A stretch of 64,000 nucleotides of DNA, taken from contig OX597816.1 in the NCBI GenBank assembly GCA_951406725.2, forward strand, positions 20,522,001 through 20,586,000, given 5' to 3'. Shown here in pieces: positions 1 through 12,456 of this stretch. Below the pieces are notes generated by a model that saw nothing but the letters and a program-made list of their open reading frames with translations, was not told where the DNA came from and made no database searches. Position 1 is the first letter of the stretch, and each line of letters starts with the position of its first letter. Source of the stretch: Octopus vulgaris (Eukaryota). Both the position numbers and the translations under genes were made by a program.

Positions 1-41
1 GTCATATCCTCTGCTGACTCCATAAGAAGTCCTCTTTCCCA

Positions 42-128
42 CCTGCCATTAAAAACTAGGCTGGGGTCCTTATCTCTGCAGAGAACAGCATCCTTGGGAG
101 GTGGAGTGAATATTTTGCTGATCTCCTA
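42..128 (+). pseudogene. RTE-clade LINE ORF fragment (linker between endonuclease and RT)
   Basis: Reads PAIKN*AGVLISAENSILGRWSEYFADLL; matches the I..RW.EYF..LL motif of RTE LINEs; has an in-frame stop. Confidence 0.5.
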
Positions 129-643
129 TATCTAGTTATAATAAAATTTACTGGCAGATGGTTTAGACAAAGCTAGGTTCCATTATGTTCACTCTTGAGA
201 AAGTACTGGAAGCATTTTAGGATTTATAAGCATTATTTCATAACCTTGCAATGCAAAGTTCAATTCTTGTAGATACATCTTGAGATTGGATGGGATTTGA
301 TGGAATTGGGTGGGATAGGATTGATTCTATAAATCAGATTCTGCTATTTGCCCTGAGATGTAGACTACTCAGTGGTATACCGGGAAGAAAACTTTAACTG
401 TTTCTGAGAACAATGTGGGCCAATGAAAACCAGAAGAAATACTGGAATCATCTGGTCAATATTTGTGCAATTATTCTGTTAGAACAGCACCTAATATAAA
501 ATGGAAACACAAGAAGTGTGCAATTAATAATTCATTAAACATCTGTGGATATCAGAACCAGTAGATCTGTATTTGGTTGCATCGCTTTATCTTCTAATTT
601 CAAATCTGGTTGAAATTATATTAACTTTGACCTTATCTTTCTT

Positions 644-716
644 CATCATAATCATTATAAACATCATAATCATCATCCTCATCATCGATGTCATCTTCAT
701 CATCATCTTCATCATC

Positions 717-753
<37 letters not shown>

Positions 754-787
754 CCATCATCATCATCACCATCATCATCACCATCAC

Positions 788-837
<50 letters not shown>

Positions 838-856
838 CCATCATCATCACCATCAC

Positions 857-904
<48 letters not shown>

Positions 905-935
905 TGTGATTATCCTCATCTCCATCTTCATCGTC
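644..935. repeat. (CAT)n/(CAC) trinucleotide microsatellite
   Basis: Seen directly; explains the poly-I/M/S ORFs. Confidence 0.95.
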
Positions 936-1155
936 TTTTAAGGCCCTTCTTCCATGCTGACAAAGCAGTTATATTTTGAAAGTCAGTTCAACTAAATATA
1001 TGCTTTCCTTTCTTTATGACCTTGTCTATATCAGTTTAAAATATCAATATCCAATAACTAGTTTAATAACATAAAATGTAGGCTTCATTTTATCGCTCAG
1101 CTTAACACGACTACCAGGACCCTGGGCACCTTTATTAAAGTACATTTTGTATAGA

Positions 1156-1270
1156 CGCAGATATGGCTGTGTAGTAAGAAGCTTGCTTACCAACCACATG
1201 GTTCTGTATTCAGTCCTGCAGTGTCACACCTTGTTGGGAAAGTGTCTTCTACTATAGCCTCGGGCTGACC
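1156..1270 (+). mobile_element. tRNA-derived SINE head (family A), truncated
   Basis: ggctgtgtagtaagaagcttgcttaccaaccacatggttctg...tcttctactatagcctcgggctgacc, same as the other family A copies. Confidence 0.75.
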
Positions 1271-1342
1271 ACGAAGACAGATCACCATGAGGAAAGTTCA
1301 TCATGAGGGAAGATTATCGAAAAAATATATCCTTTGAATGTG

Positions 1343-1612
1343 AAGGTGCATGGCTCAGTGGCTAGAGCAGCGGGCTCACAATCATGAGGTCATGGGTTTG
1401 ATTCCTGGACAGAGCTGAATGTCATGTTCTCGAGCAAGGTACTTTATTTCCGGTTGTTCCAGTTTGCTGTAGGCATCACTGGTGTGAAGCTGTATCACCC
1501 TTTGCCTTTCTCTTTCCCTTGGATAACATCAGTAGCATGGAGAGGATGGACAACTGCTGGTCTTCCAACTTTGCCTGGACTTGTGTGCCAGAGAGCAACT
1601 TTCTAGGTGCAA
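1343..1612 (+). mobile_element. Degenerate tRNA-derived SINE (family D-like)
   Basis: A-box tggctcagtggctagagc and B-box-like gggtttgattcc; head resembles the one at 16772. Confidence 0.6.
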
Positions 1613-1693
1613 TACAGTTCTATAATTAAGAGATGAGGAATGATGTACGTTATTTATATTCAACAGATATTTGTCCTCATCGTGTTTGTTGTT

Positions 1694-1739
1694 AACACAC
1701 TGTTTCAGCTGATATACCCTTCAGCCTTCATCAGGTGTC
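1694..1739 (-). ncRNA. Hammerhead ribozyme, inverted partner copy (stem III mutated)
   Basis: Minus strand reads gacac CTGATGA aggctg aagggtatat cagct GAAAcagtgtgtt. Confidence 0.55.
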
Positions 1740-2003
1740 TTGGAAAAATTTCAAACCTGGGTTCTCGCTCCTAAGGCATTTTTCAATGCTGTTATTATTA
1801 TTATTTGGGTCACTACCTGGAATCAAACTCGGAATCTTGGGGTTAGTAACCCGCACTCTTAACCACTACACCATATGCCCATGCAATTGTGGAGTAAATT
1901 TTAGGGCTTATAAATCTAATATTTTCCTATGCTTCCTTAAGGTGTCATGGTTAAGAGTGCAAGCTACTAACCCCAAGATTCCAAGTTCGATTCCAAGCAG
2001 TGA

Positions 2004-2052
<49 letters not shown>

Positions 2053-2106
2053 TATAACATCAAAAAATACCTTAGGAATAAGAACCCAGGTTCGAAATTT
2101 CCCCAA

Positions 2107-2152
2107 GACACCTGATGAAGGCTGGAGGGTATATCAGCTGAAACGTTGTGTT
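2107..2152 (+). ncRNA. Minimal type I hammerhead ribozyme
   Basis: gacac CTGATGA a ggctg gagggtatat cagct GAA ACGT T gtgtt: stem I gacac/gtgtt, stem II ggctg/cagct, palindromic stem III ACGT, GUU site. Confidence 0.7.
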
Positions 2153-2521
2153 AACAACAAACAAGATGAGGACAAATATCCATCAAATGTTAATAATGTT
2201 TTTAGGTCATTTACGACTCAAAAGGAATCCTTATTCTTACATTTACACAAAATAATTTGAATACTAAAGGGTTAAACAATTCTAATTTTTGGCAAGAAAA
2301 AAATTACTGCAGTGTATTGATAAAATAAAAAGTTATCTCTACTATCAAATTACAATTTAATATCAGATGCAGATTGATTACAGCAATGTTTACTAATTAA
2401 TAGAACGAGCATATATCCATTATGTTCTGGCTATAGATAAAAAAAAGTGATTTTACTCTTTACTTTTCCTGAATATATTGAAGAAATGTTTCCAATGTTT
2501 GGTATGCCTTGACAGTTCATA

Positions 2522-3390
2522 ATGGTGATGGTGATGGTAATGGTGATGGTGGTGGTGGGGGTGGTGATTGTGATGGTGAAGGTTAATGATCGTTCCACTG
2601 ATGGTGACAAAGATAACAGTGGTAACGATGATGACTGCAGCAAAAATTATAGGATAATGGCAAAGATGGTGGTGGTGGTGGTGGTGGAGGTGTTAGTAAT
2701 AATAATAGTGAGGAGGGGGTGAAGGATGATGGCAGGAGTGGGGTGAAGGATGATGGCAGTGGTGGTGATGAAGGTGGTGGTGGTGGTAGTGGTGGTGGTG
2801 GTGGCGAATGTGGTAGTTGTAATGGTCATGGTTATGGTGGTGATAATAGTAATGATGATGAGGAGTAATGATGATGAGAGGAAGATTATGATTATGATGA
2901 TTATAATGATGACAATGATGACGACGATGATGATGATGATAATGTTGATGATGTTGACGACAATGATGACGACTACAATGACAACAACGATGATGGTGAC
3001 AATGAAGATTATGATGATGATGATGGTGATGACAATGATGACGACGATGACGACGATGATGATGATGATAATGATGACGATGACGACGACTATGATGACA
3101 ACAACGATGATGATGATGACAATGAAGATTATGATGATGATGATGATGACGACAATGACGATGATGATGATGATGATGACAATGAAGATTATGATTATGA
3201 TGATGATGACGACGATGATGATGATGATGATGATGATAATGATGATGATGACAATAATAACAACAATCATGATGATAATGGCGATGACAACAACAACAAC
3301 AACACTTATGTGGACAGCAGTTATGATAATGACGACAGTCCCCCATTAATGATGATGAGTCACATTGATAATAATCATGATTCGGATGAA
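2522..3390. repeat. Compound (GGT)/(GAT)/(GAC) microsatellite with higher-order blocks
   Basis: gacaatgaagattatg recurs at ~2998, 3118 and 3178. Confidence 0.9.
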
Positions 3391-4133
3391 ATATATGATT
3401 ATAGTATTCCAAGTTTTCTAGACAGAAAGAACAATAATTTCTTTCATGGCAATTTTGATTTAGAATTCACCAAGCAAAGGACAGATGAAATATGAAAGTC
3501 ATAGCAGCGGAGATACATTAAACATTAACACTTAGTCATTAATCATGTTTGTTTCATTATAACCTATGAACAGGCAGTACTCATATGGGGGGGAAAATCG
3601 AACCGAAGCTAAACATTGCAAGTTGCAATTAAAATTTTTAATTTGTTTTGTATATATTGCTTTAGTCTTTTTTTTTTTAATATTTTTTATTATTTTTTAT
3701 TATTTTTGCTATGATAATTAGTTGACAAAACCATGTTAAAACAAAAGAGATCTGGGAGACTTTTAAATCGCATGTATTAAAATATTGGCAACTGCTTTCC
3801 AGAAATTCTAGCTTATGTTTTCTGTTTTAGCGTATTTTTCATATTTATTTAAATAGATTCGTAAATAAATAATGCAACAAACAAATGTATAAAGGGATAA
3901 ACAAATAAATGAAAACATAAATAAATTCCATACAATGTCACTGAATATCTCAATTTGAATATTTGAAAATCCCTCAGCTTAAGATACGGTTTATTCTGCA
4001 TGAATATCTAAGATAGAATGTTGGTTTTATGTGAGTATACGTTCACATGAATATATATATGTATATATATATATACAGGAGTGGCTGTGTATATATAGAA
4101 GCTCATCATATATATATATATATATATATATAA

Positions 4134-4556
4134 GGCGTAGGAGTGGCTGTGTGGTAAGTAGCTTGCTTACCAACCACAGGGTTCTGGGTTCAGTTCCACT
4201 GTGTGGCACCTTGGACAAGTGTTTTCTACTATAGCCTTGTGAGTGGATTTGGTAGACGGAAACTGAAAGAAGCCCGTCGTATATATGTGTATGTGTGTGT
4301 GTGTGTATGTGTGTATGTGTATGCATGTGTGTTTATGTATATGTTTTTGTGTCTGTGTATGTCCCCCCAACATTGCTTGACAACCGATGCTGGTGTATTT
4401 ACATCCCCGTAACTTAGCGGTTTGGCAAAAGAGACTGATAGAATAAGTACTAGGCTTCCAAAGAATAAGTCCTGGGGTCGATTTGCTTGACTAAAGGCGG
4501 TGCTCCAGCATGGCCACAGTCAAATGACTGCAACAAGTAAAAGAGTAAAAGAGTAG
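4134..4556 (+). mobile_element. Full-length SINE family A (tRNA head, central (TA/TG)n, 3' gactgaaacaagtaaaagagtaaaaga tail)
   Basis: Near-identical copies recur about a dozen times in the window. Confidence 0.85.
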
Positions 4557-4664
4557 AGAGATATTTAATTATATTTTGATGTAAAATCATAAATATGCTA
4601 AGCTGCAATGCGCTCCTTCTATATTCTCTGTACTTATCTTCCACCCCTAATTTCTAATACTTAT

Positions 4665-4878
4665 TCTCTTTTACTCTTTTACTTGTTTCATTCATTTGAC
4701 TGTGGCCATGCTGGAGCACCACATTTAGTTGAGCAAATCAACCCCAGGACTCATTCTTTGTAAGTCTGGTACTTATACTATCGGTCGCTTTTTGCTGAAC
4801 CGCTAAGTTACGGGGACATAAACATACCAGCATCAGTTGTTAAGCGACGTTGGAGGGACAAACACAGACACACAAACG

Positions 4879-4933
<55 letters not shown>

Positions 4934-5078
4934 GATGGGCTTCTTTCAGTTTCCGTTTACCAAATCCACTCACAAGACTTTTGTAGAAGACACTTGCCCA
5001 AGTTGTCCCACATTCAGACTGAACCTGGAACCATGTGGTTGGTAAGCAAGCTACTTACCACACAGCCACTCCTGTGCC
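4665..5078 (-). mobile_element. SINE family A, inverted, tail-to-tail with the previous copy
   Basis: Reverse complement of 4134-4556 with a small internal deletion. Confidence 0.85.
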
Positions 5079-5689
5079 TTTATTTTTTTTTCATTACCTT
5101 CCCCTTTAAGACAGTAATCAAAATAAGTATCATTAACTCTTCCTATCCTTTTTTCTTCAAACTATCGCCCCAGCTCCATCAGGCACTCCCCCTTCTTTAA
5201 CCACGGCAGACCTTACCCTTTAGTGTAGCCAAAGCTGGATATAAGGTTCCAGTACTTAAATAATCTGGTTGGTTGTCACAATATTAACTAATTTAATACA
5301 GCTACACCTACCAAAAGATTTGAAGACTATGTTTTTCCTTTTATCTTCGAAGTGTAAGTAGCTAAGTCTCTACTCTCAATTATTCCTGCCTACCCCCACT
5401 ATAACCTCTAGGAACCTTTAAATTCTAGTAGAATTGACACTACATTGGTTATTTTTCTAAACTCATTCTACCAAATATTTAACAGCAGAATCAATATAAA
5501 TATTTGAGCTTTGTTGGTGATGCAAATATGTTAAAGCAGTTGGTTTGTCCTTTGTGTGTAAAATCTATGCAATCATCTGATAAAAACGGTTTCTTTGTAA
5601 TGATGTAATGTTTTCATTAATCAATTAAATGAATCACTTGAAATGGCTACAATGAATTGACACCTGTACATCTTTCTTACTCACATGTG

Positions 5690-5900
5690 AACGCATGTGT
5701 ATCGTTGGCGATTTTTTTCCTCCGTCTTCCCTTCCTTGGATCTTTCCTTTTCCTATGTTTCTGACGAAGAGCTCTGCTCGAACCATTAAAACCTCCTTCT
5801 TTCTTTCCTTTCCTGAACGTCCAATAACACTATATTTGTTCCACGTCCTCGTGTTGTTGTGTTTTCTCTTTGTGCTTTCATGTTTGTATTAACTTTATGT
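5690..5900 (+). mobile_element. Penelope-like fragment with degenerate hammerhead
   Basis: ttt CTGACGA a gagc tct gctc GAAC catt aaa at 5758-5790; a second copy lacking the HHR lies at ~54480-54570. Confidence 0.5.
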
Positions 5901-5901
5901 G

Positions 5902-5933
<32 letters not shown>

Positions 5934-5936
5934 ATA

Positions 5937-6933
5937 GGTCTCACCAAGGAAATGACCAGTGACCGAGACCTTTGGAGGTATGCTGTGCGTGAGAAAACCC
6001 GGTGAGAACAGTCAAAATCGAGATCAAACCAAATTGAGGTCGATCAACATCAGGGCCCCCATGCAGGTGACACATAAAAGTACCATCCGTTCGTAGCCGT
6101 TTGCCAGCCCTGTCTGGCCCCCGTGTAGGTGGCACGTAAAAGCACCATCCGTTCGTGTTCATTGCCAGCCTGGCCTGGCCCCCGTGCCGGTGACACGTAA
6201 AAGCACCATCTGTTTGTGGCTGTTTGCCAGCTCTGTCTGGCCCCCGTGCCGGTGACACGTAGAAGCACCATCCGTTCGTGGCCGTTTGCCAGCTCTGTCT
6301 GGCCCCCGTGCCGGTGACACGTAAAAGCACCATCGGTTCGTGTCCGTTTGCCAGCCCTGTCTGGCCCCCATGTCGGTGACATGTAAAAGCACCATCCGTT
6401 CGTGTCCGTTGCCAGCCTCGCCTGGCCCCCGTGCCAGTGACACGTAAAAGCACCATCCGTTCGTGGCCGTTTGCCAGCCCTGTCTGGCAACCGTGTCGGT
6501 GGCATGTAAAAGCACCATCCGTTCGTGCCCGTTGCCAGCCTCGCCTGGCCCCCGTGCCGGTGACACGTAAAAGCACCATCCGTTTCGTGGCTGTTTGCCA
6601 GCTCTGTCTGGCCCCCGTGTTGGTGGCACGTAAAAGCACCATCCGTTCGTGTCCGTTGCCAGACTCGCCTGGCCCCGTGCCGGTGACACGTAAAAGCACC
6701 ATCCGTTCATGGCCGTTTGCCAGCTATGTCTGGCACCTGTGCAGGTGGCACGTAAAAAGCACCCACTACACTCACGGAGTGGTTGGCGTTAGGAAGGGCA
6801 TCCAGCCGTAGAAACACTGCCAGATCTGACTGGGCCTGATGAAGCCTTCCAGCTTCACAGACCCCAGTTGAACCGTCCAACCCATGCTAGCATGGAGAAC
6901 GGACGCTAAATGATGATGATGATGATGATGATG
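5937..6933 (+). mobile_element. 5'-truncated RTE LINE: ORF end plus 3'UTR with ~11 x 61-62 bp tandem array and (GAT)n tail
   Basis: GLTKEMTSDRDLWRYAVREKTR* at the 5' end; unit aaagcaccatccgttcgtggccgtttgccagc...; ends gtccaacccatgctagcatgg...(tga)n. Confidence 0.75.
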
Positions 6934-7615
6934 ATATATATATATGTATGTATGTATATTTAAAATATAATATGTATTATGCATTATTTTACACATGAAA
7001 ATATGGCCATTTGTGTAGGTGTAATATTAAGAAATATGAGGTGCAAATGTCTTGCGTCAAGAATTTTTGCTAAATATTGTTGGTGTTCATAGGAATATTC
7101 TGACATATTGACTTCCTACAAGAATCAACTTGTTAATTATAATTCCTCTCTAATCATCATTATTTCAACATCTGCAATTTATGTTTGTTTGTTTGTTTGT
7201 TTGTTTTTTTCACCCCCTTTTATTGAGTAGAAAATGTTTGTTGTACAACACATTGTAACCTGTTACAGTACTTTGTTATTCTTTGTAATTTTAGGCTGTA
7301 AATGAGCAACATTGCTCCGCTCTGCAAAGAATGTCCTTGCACTATTCATCATTTTCCCAGTAGCAGGAAGGATCCCCCGATGTTAAGAAAAGAGGAAATA
7401 AAAAAAAACTTTCTAATTTTTTTTTACTTTATTTATTAGAGACCAGTGGAATGAATAGTTATCAAAGGACCCTTTGATCATGAAGTTTCGTCCCTTAAGG
7501 TCCAACTCTATCTGATCTGACAAAGTATATTCAAAGGCAACCTAGCATTTTCTTTCAGCTTGACATTCCACTACAGAATTTTCCTCCTTTCCTCCCTCCC
7601 TTTCTCCCTCTCTCT

Positions 7616-7638
7616 GTATGTATGTACATATATATGTA

Positions 7639-7676
<38 letters not shown>

Positions 7677-7743
7677 AACATATATACATATACACATATA
7701 TATACATATATATATACATATATATACATACATATATATATAC

Positions 7744-7823
<80 letters not shown>

Positions 7824-7862
7824 TATATATATACATATGTAAATATATATACATATATATAC

Positions 7863-7911
<49 letters not shown>

Positions 7912-7978
7912 CACACACACACATATATATATACATATATATATCTACATATATATATATATATGCATATATATACAT

Positions 7979-8009
<31 letters not shown>

Positions 8010-8136
8010 TATATACATACAGATATGCATATATATATATACATATATATACACACATACAGACATATATACACATATATACATACATATACACACACAC
8101 GAACACACATGAACACACACACGAACACACACACTC
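7616..8136. repeat. (TA)n/(CATA)n/(CA)n compound microsatellite
   Basis: Seen directly. Confidence 0.95.
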
Positions 8137-8827
8137 ACGTTCTATATGCAGCACTTTTTTTTATTCATTTTCTTACCTATCATGCTGTCCACAATAGGAG
8201 GAAGGATATACATTCATAAATCTTCATTCAAGAGACTCACACGCACCTTATCTCCATGAAATTCAACATCATAGCAGAATACTAACGCGTTTGATAACTT
8301 GGATTCAACTATTTTTTTAACCTTCAAGCTGCCTTGTTTTTGTGTGCACTTTACTGTCAAAAAAATTGGGGATTTTTTTTTGAGTTGAGAAAACCGAAAT
8401 ATTTTCTTCGTCTGAGGGAAATTTAAATAAAAAAAAGAATGTATTACAAAATTTTTTTTTTCTTTCTATAGAATTTTGATTCATGCTAAAATTTTAATTG
8501 CTTTCAATTTTTTCTTTGCTTTGATATTTTTTTAATTCCATAAAACCTTCCAACTCTTTTTCAGATGGAAAATAAAATAAAGCTTCAATCAGAATTCGTA
8601 TTCCTTAGGGGAAAATAAACAAAATTTTATCAAAAGCATGTGAAACACATTTTACTGCTAAAGAGCCATATTAATTTTATCAAGAATCTATACTTTGATT
8701 TTTTCCAGCATCATCCTAATTGCCTATTTGACATCAATTTTCCTTTGCTAGTATCGGGTGGTCAACACTATAGCATGTTATATTTTGATTTCTTAGAATC
8801 CACTATGATGACTATTATCTCATACTG

Positions 8828-9035
8828 ATTTCAAATTTTGGCACAAGGCCAGCAATTCTGTGGGAGAGAGTAAGTCAATTACGTCAAGCATAGCACTCAA
8901 CTGGTACATACTTTAATGACCCCAGAAGGATGAAAGGCAAAGTTGACCTCAATGGAATTTGAACTCAGAACATAAAGACAGATGAAATACAACTAGTAAT
9001 TTGGTGTGCTTACATTTCTGCCAGCTCGCTGCCTT
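8828..9035 (-). mobile_element. Degenerate SINE family C
   Basis: ggatgaaaggcaaagttgacctc...tttgaactcagaac...ctgccagctcgctgcc is the reverse complement of the family at 29111 and 30697. Confidence 0.7.
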
Positions 9036-9125
9036 CTGCAATTATTCATATTCAAGGGCCATCATTTTAAGATCAAATCTCACCTGATTCTTTTTTGATC
9101 TTTCAGTGTCAGCATTACTGTCCTA

Positions 9126-9495
9126 TTATCATCATCAAAATTTAAGGTCCGTTTTCCATGCTAGCATGGGTTGAACGGTTCGACTGGGGTCTGGGAGGCC
9201 AGGAGGCTGCACAAGACTCCAGTCTGATCTGACAGTGTTTCTACAGCTGGATGCCCTTCCTAACGCCAACCACTCTATGAGTGTAGTGGGTGCTTTTTAC
9301 GTTCCACCGGTACAGGTTCCAGGGAAGAGCTGACAACAACCACGATTGGTTGGTGCTTTTTACATGCCACCGGCATGGAAGCCAGTCAAGGCGGCGCTGG
9401 CATTGGCAATGTATGGATGGTGCTTTTTACATGCCACCGGCACAGGTATCACAACTACAATTTCCATTTGATTTTTTAGAAATTGTAGTTGTGAT
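9126..9495 (-). mobile_element. RTE 3'UTR-type repeat with ~3 tandem units
   Basis: Reverse complement of the 6700-6930 end; shares caactacaatttccatttgat with 11640. Confidence 0.7.
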
Positions 9496-9823
9496 ACCCA
9501 TGTTTATGGCTATTATTCATTTTCTATATACTGAATTTTGGGGATAAATTTAACAGTTTGCATAAGCAGACAAAAAAAAACACACAATATTCCATACAAA
9601 AATAAAAGTATTCTTAAAAAATCAAAAATTATTGACTAGATTATGGCTGGGGGATAAGAGTGTTCTCAGCTTCCACCACAGTCTCCTGATGGCTTCAGGA
9701 TATGGCACATGCATTCCTTGCTGTGTCCCAGGAATGATCTTGGAACACCTCTGTGATCTTGGCCACCAGCTCAGCTTCAGTGGTGCAGGCAGAGATATTG
9801 GTGTCTTTCTCAAATGCAATCCA

Positions 9824-10214
9824 TGTAGGAGTGGCTGTGTGGTAAGTAGCTTGCTTATCAACCACATGGTTCTGGGTTCAGTCCCACTGCATGGCACATT
9901 GGGCAAGTGTCTTCTATTATAACCTCAGGCTGACCAAAGCCTTGTGAGTGGATTTGGTAGACGGAAACTGAAAGAATCCCATCGTATATATGAATATGTG
10001 TGTGTTTGTGTATTTGTGTGTCTGTGTTTGTCCCCCCAACATCGCTTGACAACCGATGCTGGTGTGTTTACGTCCCTGTAACATTAGCGGTTTGGCAAAA
10101 GCGACTGATAGAATAAGTACTAGGCTAAGTCATGTGGTCGATTTGCTCGACTACAGGTGGTGTTCCAGCATGGCCACAGTCAAATGACTGAAACAAGTAA
10201 AAGAGTAAAAGAGA
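9824..10214 (+). mobile_element. SINE family A
   Basis: Head, body and tail match 4134-4556. Confidence 0.85.
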
Positions 10215-10224
10215 GGTAACAAAT

Positions 10225-10420
10225 GGAGGATCGGGAGGCCAGAAATTTGGACTGGCATAGCTGTAGAAATTCTCCTGCTACCATGCACGAATCATTTCCG
10301 ATGAATTCTGGTATCACTTTCTAGCAGCAACCCTTTCCAGCCAGGTTTTAACTACAATTTACAGCAGCTTCACTCGGCTATCTGAATTGAGCCTAAGGCC
10401 TTGGTCAAAATTGTGAGAAT
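10225..10420 (-). pseudogene. DD37D/maT-type Tc1-mariner transposase fragment
   Basis: Minus strand, across frameshifts and stops, gives DQGLRLNSDS..KLL*IVVKTWLERVAARK and W*QENFYSYASPNFWPPDPP; resembles the DDD region at 44800-45000. Confidence 0.6.
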
Positions 10421-10819
10421 ATATTCCGTCATAGATACACAATCAGAGTGCCTGCTGTGTCACTTTCTGCTGACCACAGCTTCATAGTCTCTGTTGCAGC
10501 TGTTCACAGTGTTCGCATTTAACAGTTGTCAGAATGTCAGCATTTTGAAACGCAGTATGAGTCATCACGATACAGGCAACTCTTTTCCAATATTCAGACA
10601 GCTTCCAATCCTTCATGTCAGCTAACGTTTTCCTGACTACAACTTTAATCTTTATACTCTGCAATGTCATTGACTGTTCTCAAATATATCAAGCTATTCC
10701 TCAAAACAAAGGAAACGAACTCTCTTCAAAGTTAAACAGGGTTCCACAAAAGGAGACTAACTTCTATGTCTGCAGCAGTGCTGCTGTTTTACTCAAAAAC
10801 ATCTTAGACTGAATGTCCA

Positions 10820-11105
10820 ATGCCTTGTGAGTGGATTTGATAGACGAAAACTGAAAGAAGCCCGTCGTATATATGTATATTTATATATATATATGTATGT
10901 TTGTGTGTCTGTGTTTCTCCCCCAACTTCGCTTGACAACCGATGCTGGTGTGTTTATGTCCCCATAACTTAGTGGTTCGGCAAAAGAGATCAATAGAATA
11001 AGTACTAGGCTTACAAAGAATTAGTCCTGGGGTCAATTTACTCGACTAAATATGGTGCTCCAGCATGGCTATATTCAAACAACTGAAACAATTAAGAAAA
11101 GAGTA
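10820..11105 (+). mobile_element. SINE family A, 5'-truncated
   Basis: Sequence match to the other copies. Confidence 0.8.
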
Positions 11106-11349
11106 GATATATAAAAACACTATGCTCATTATATATTAGGAGATAATACTCTCATCACAGATGGTGTAGTCACACTAATCTGACCATTGTACTCTCTGAT
11201 ATTTTTAGATGCCTGTTATCTTTGGTTATGTTCTTGGAATTTTTAACTAAACCATTTATTAAATCCACCATCGTAAATTGTCATAATTTCTTTGTCCATA
11301 CCAGAAATATTTTTCGATTAATTATTCTCCAATCTGTGGTGTCTCTTAA

Positions 11350-11559
11350 CCCTTTTGATACCAACCCACCTGAAACTGCCTCTGGTCCTGTAGTTACAAA
11401 TGTCTTGTTTACAAACCTTCAGAATTAAAATCTTCCACCAAACCTTAGTCACAATTTATGTTCCTAACACTAGCTTAACAATAACAAATTCTTTGTTATA
11501 TTTAGAATTAATTGAAAGAAACACAGAGCGACTCAAAAGAAATACGGTAAAAAAAAGAG
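11350..11559. mobile_element. piggyBac-type MITE
   Basis: TTAA|CCCTTT...AAAGAG|TTAA; second copy at 56622-56843. Confidence 0.7.
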
Positions 11560-11619
11560 TTAAACCAGAGTATATTTTGTTTGACAGGGTGACCTGCTGT
11601 GCTTTAGGAGACCTATTGA

Positions 11620-11981
11620 GTCAAGTACATCAACATCAAAATAAATATCAAATGGAAATTGTAGTTATGATACCTGTGCCGGCAGCACGTAAAAAGAACC
11701 ATCTGAACGAGGCCGATGCCAGCACTGCCTTGACTGCCTTCTGTGCCAGTGGCACGTAAAAAGCAGCAACCAATCGTGGTGGCCACTGCCAGCCTCCCCT
11801 GGCACGTAAAAAGCACCCACTACACTCATTGCGTGGTTGGCGTTAGAAGGGCATCCAGCTGTAGAAACACTGCCAGATCAAGATTGGAGCCTGGTGCAGC
11901 CTCATGGCTTCCCACACCCGGTCAAACCGTCCAACCCATGCTAGCATGGAAAACGGACGTTAAACGATGATGATGATGATG
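11620..11981 (+). mobile_element. RTE 3'UTR-type repeat with (GAT)n tail
   Basis: Same 3' end as 6750-6930. Confidence 0.7.
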
Positions 11982-12456
11982 AGCCAAGTATTGAACTCAC
12001 ACTCCCTAGCTAAATTCTATGGATTTGATAACAGCCAGAGTTAGGAATTTGGACAAAATTGTTGTGCATTACAGAAACTTGAAGAAAACCAGTGTCTACA
12101 ACTGTTATCACATCACGACTACAACAACTAAACCAAGGACACCAGAATGACAGACAGAACATAAGAGTACATTATAATGGAACGTTATTGTTTCAAAAAT
12201 TCAGACAAGATTTAACTCATTGATAATGATCTATTAAAAACTTTTCTTGAGTTGTAAATTCAGAAATGTTGATAATAAGCAAGATGTTGATTGAATCTGT
12301 CCATAAATCTTGTTATTACATTAAAATAAGAAAAAAACTCATCATGTAGTAATATGTGATATGATTCTCAGTTAAAGACACCCCCATACTGTTTTCTTAT
12401 ATATTTGTTTTGATTCTGCTTTTGTCATTTCCAGTTTGTTTCTGTAATGATATATA

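Larger units (their letters stand above)
1647..2199. mobile_element. Palindromic non-autonomous element; each arm = tRNA-like head + (AAT)n + hammerhead ribozyme (Penelope-associated type)
   Basis: Inverted arms 1647-1872 and 1941-2199 around a ~68-bp spacer; HHR cores at 1694-1739 (-) and 2107-2152 (+). Confidence 0.75.

Noticed and set aside
1941-2006. tRNA gene
   Set aside because: Acceptor and T stems are broken; this is a tRNA-derived head, as are the SINE heads
573-3412. Poly-Ile/Met/Ser/His ORFs
   Set aside because: Translations of (CAT)/(GAT) microsatellites that are open in several frames
5941-6811. 126-253 aa repetitive ORFs and a CRISPR-like look
   Set aside because: Tandem units in a LINE 3'UTR; no unique spacers, no cas genes, eukaryotic context
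7542-8219. YIYI/HTHT ORFs (also near 18.5k, 30k, 37.6k, 46-48k and 61k)
   Set aside because: Dinucleotide and tetranucleotide repeat artefacts
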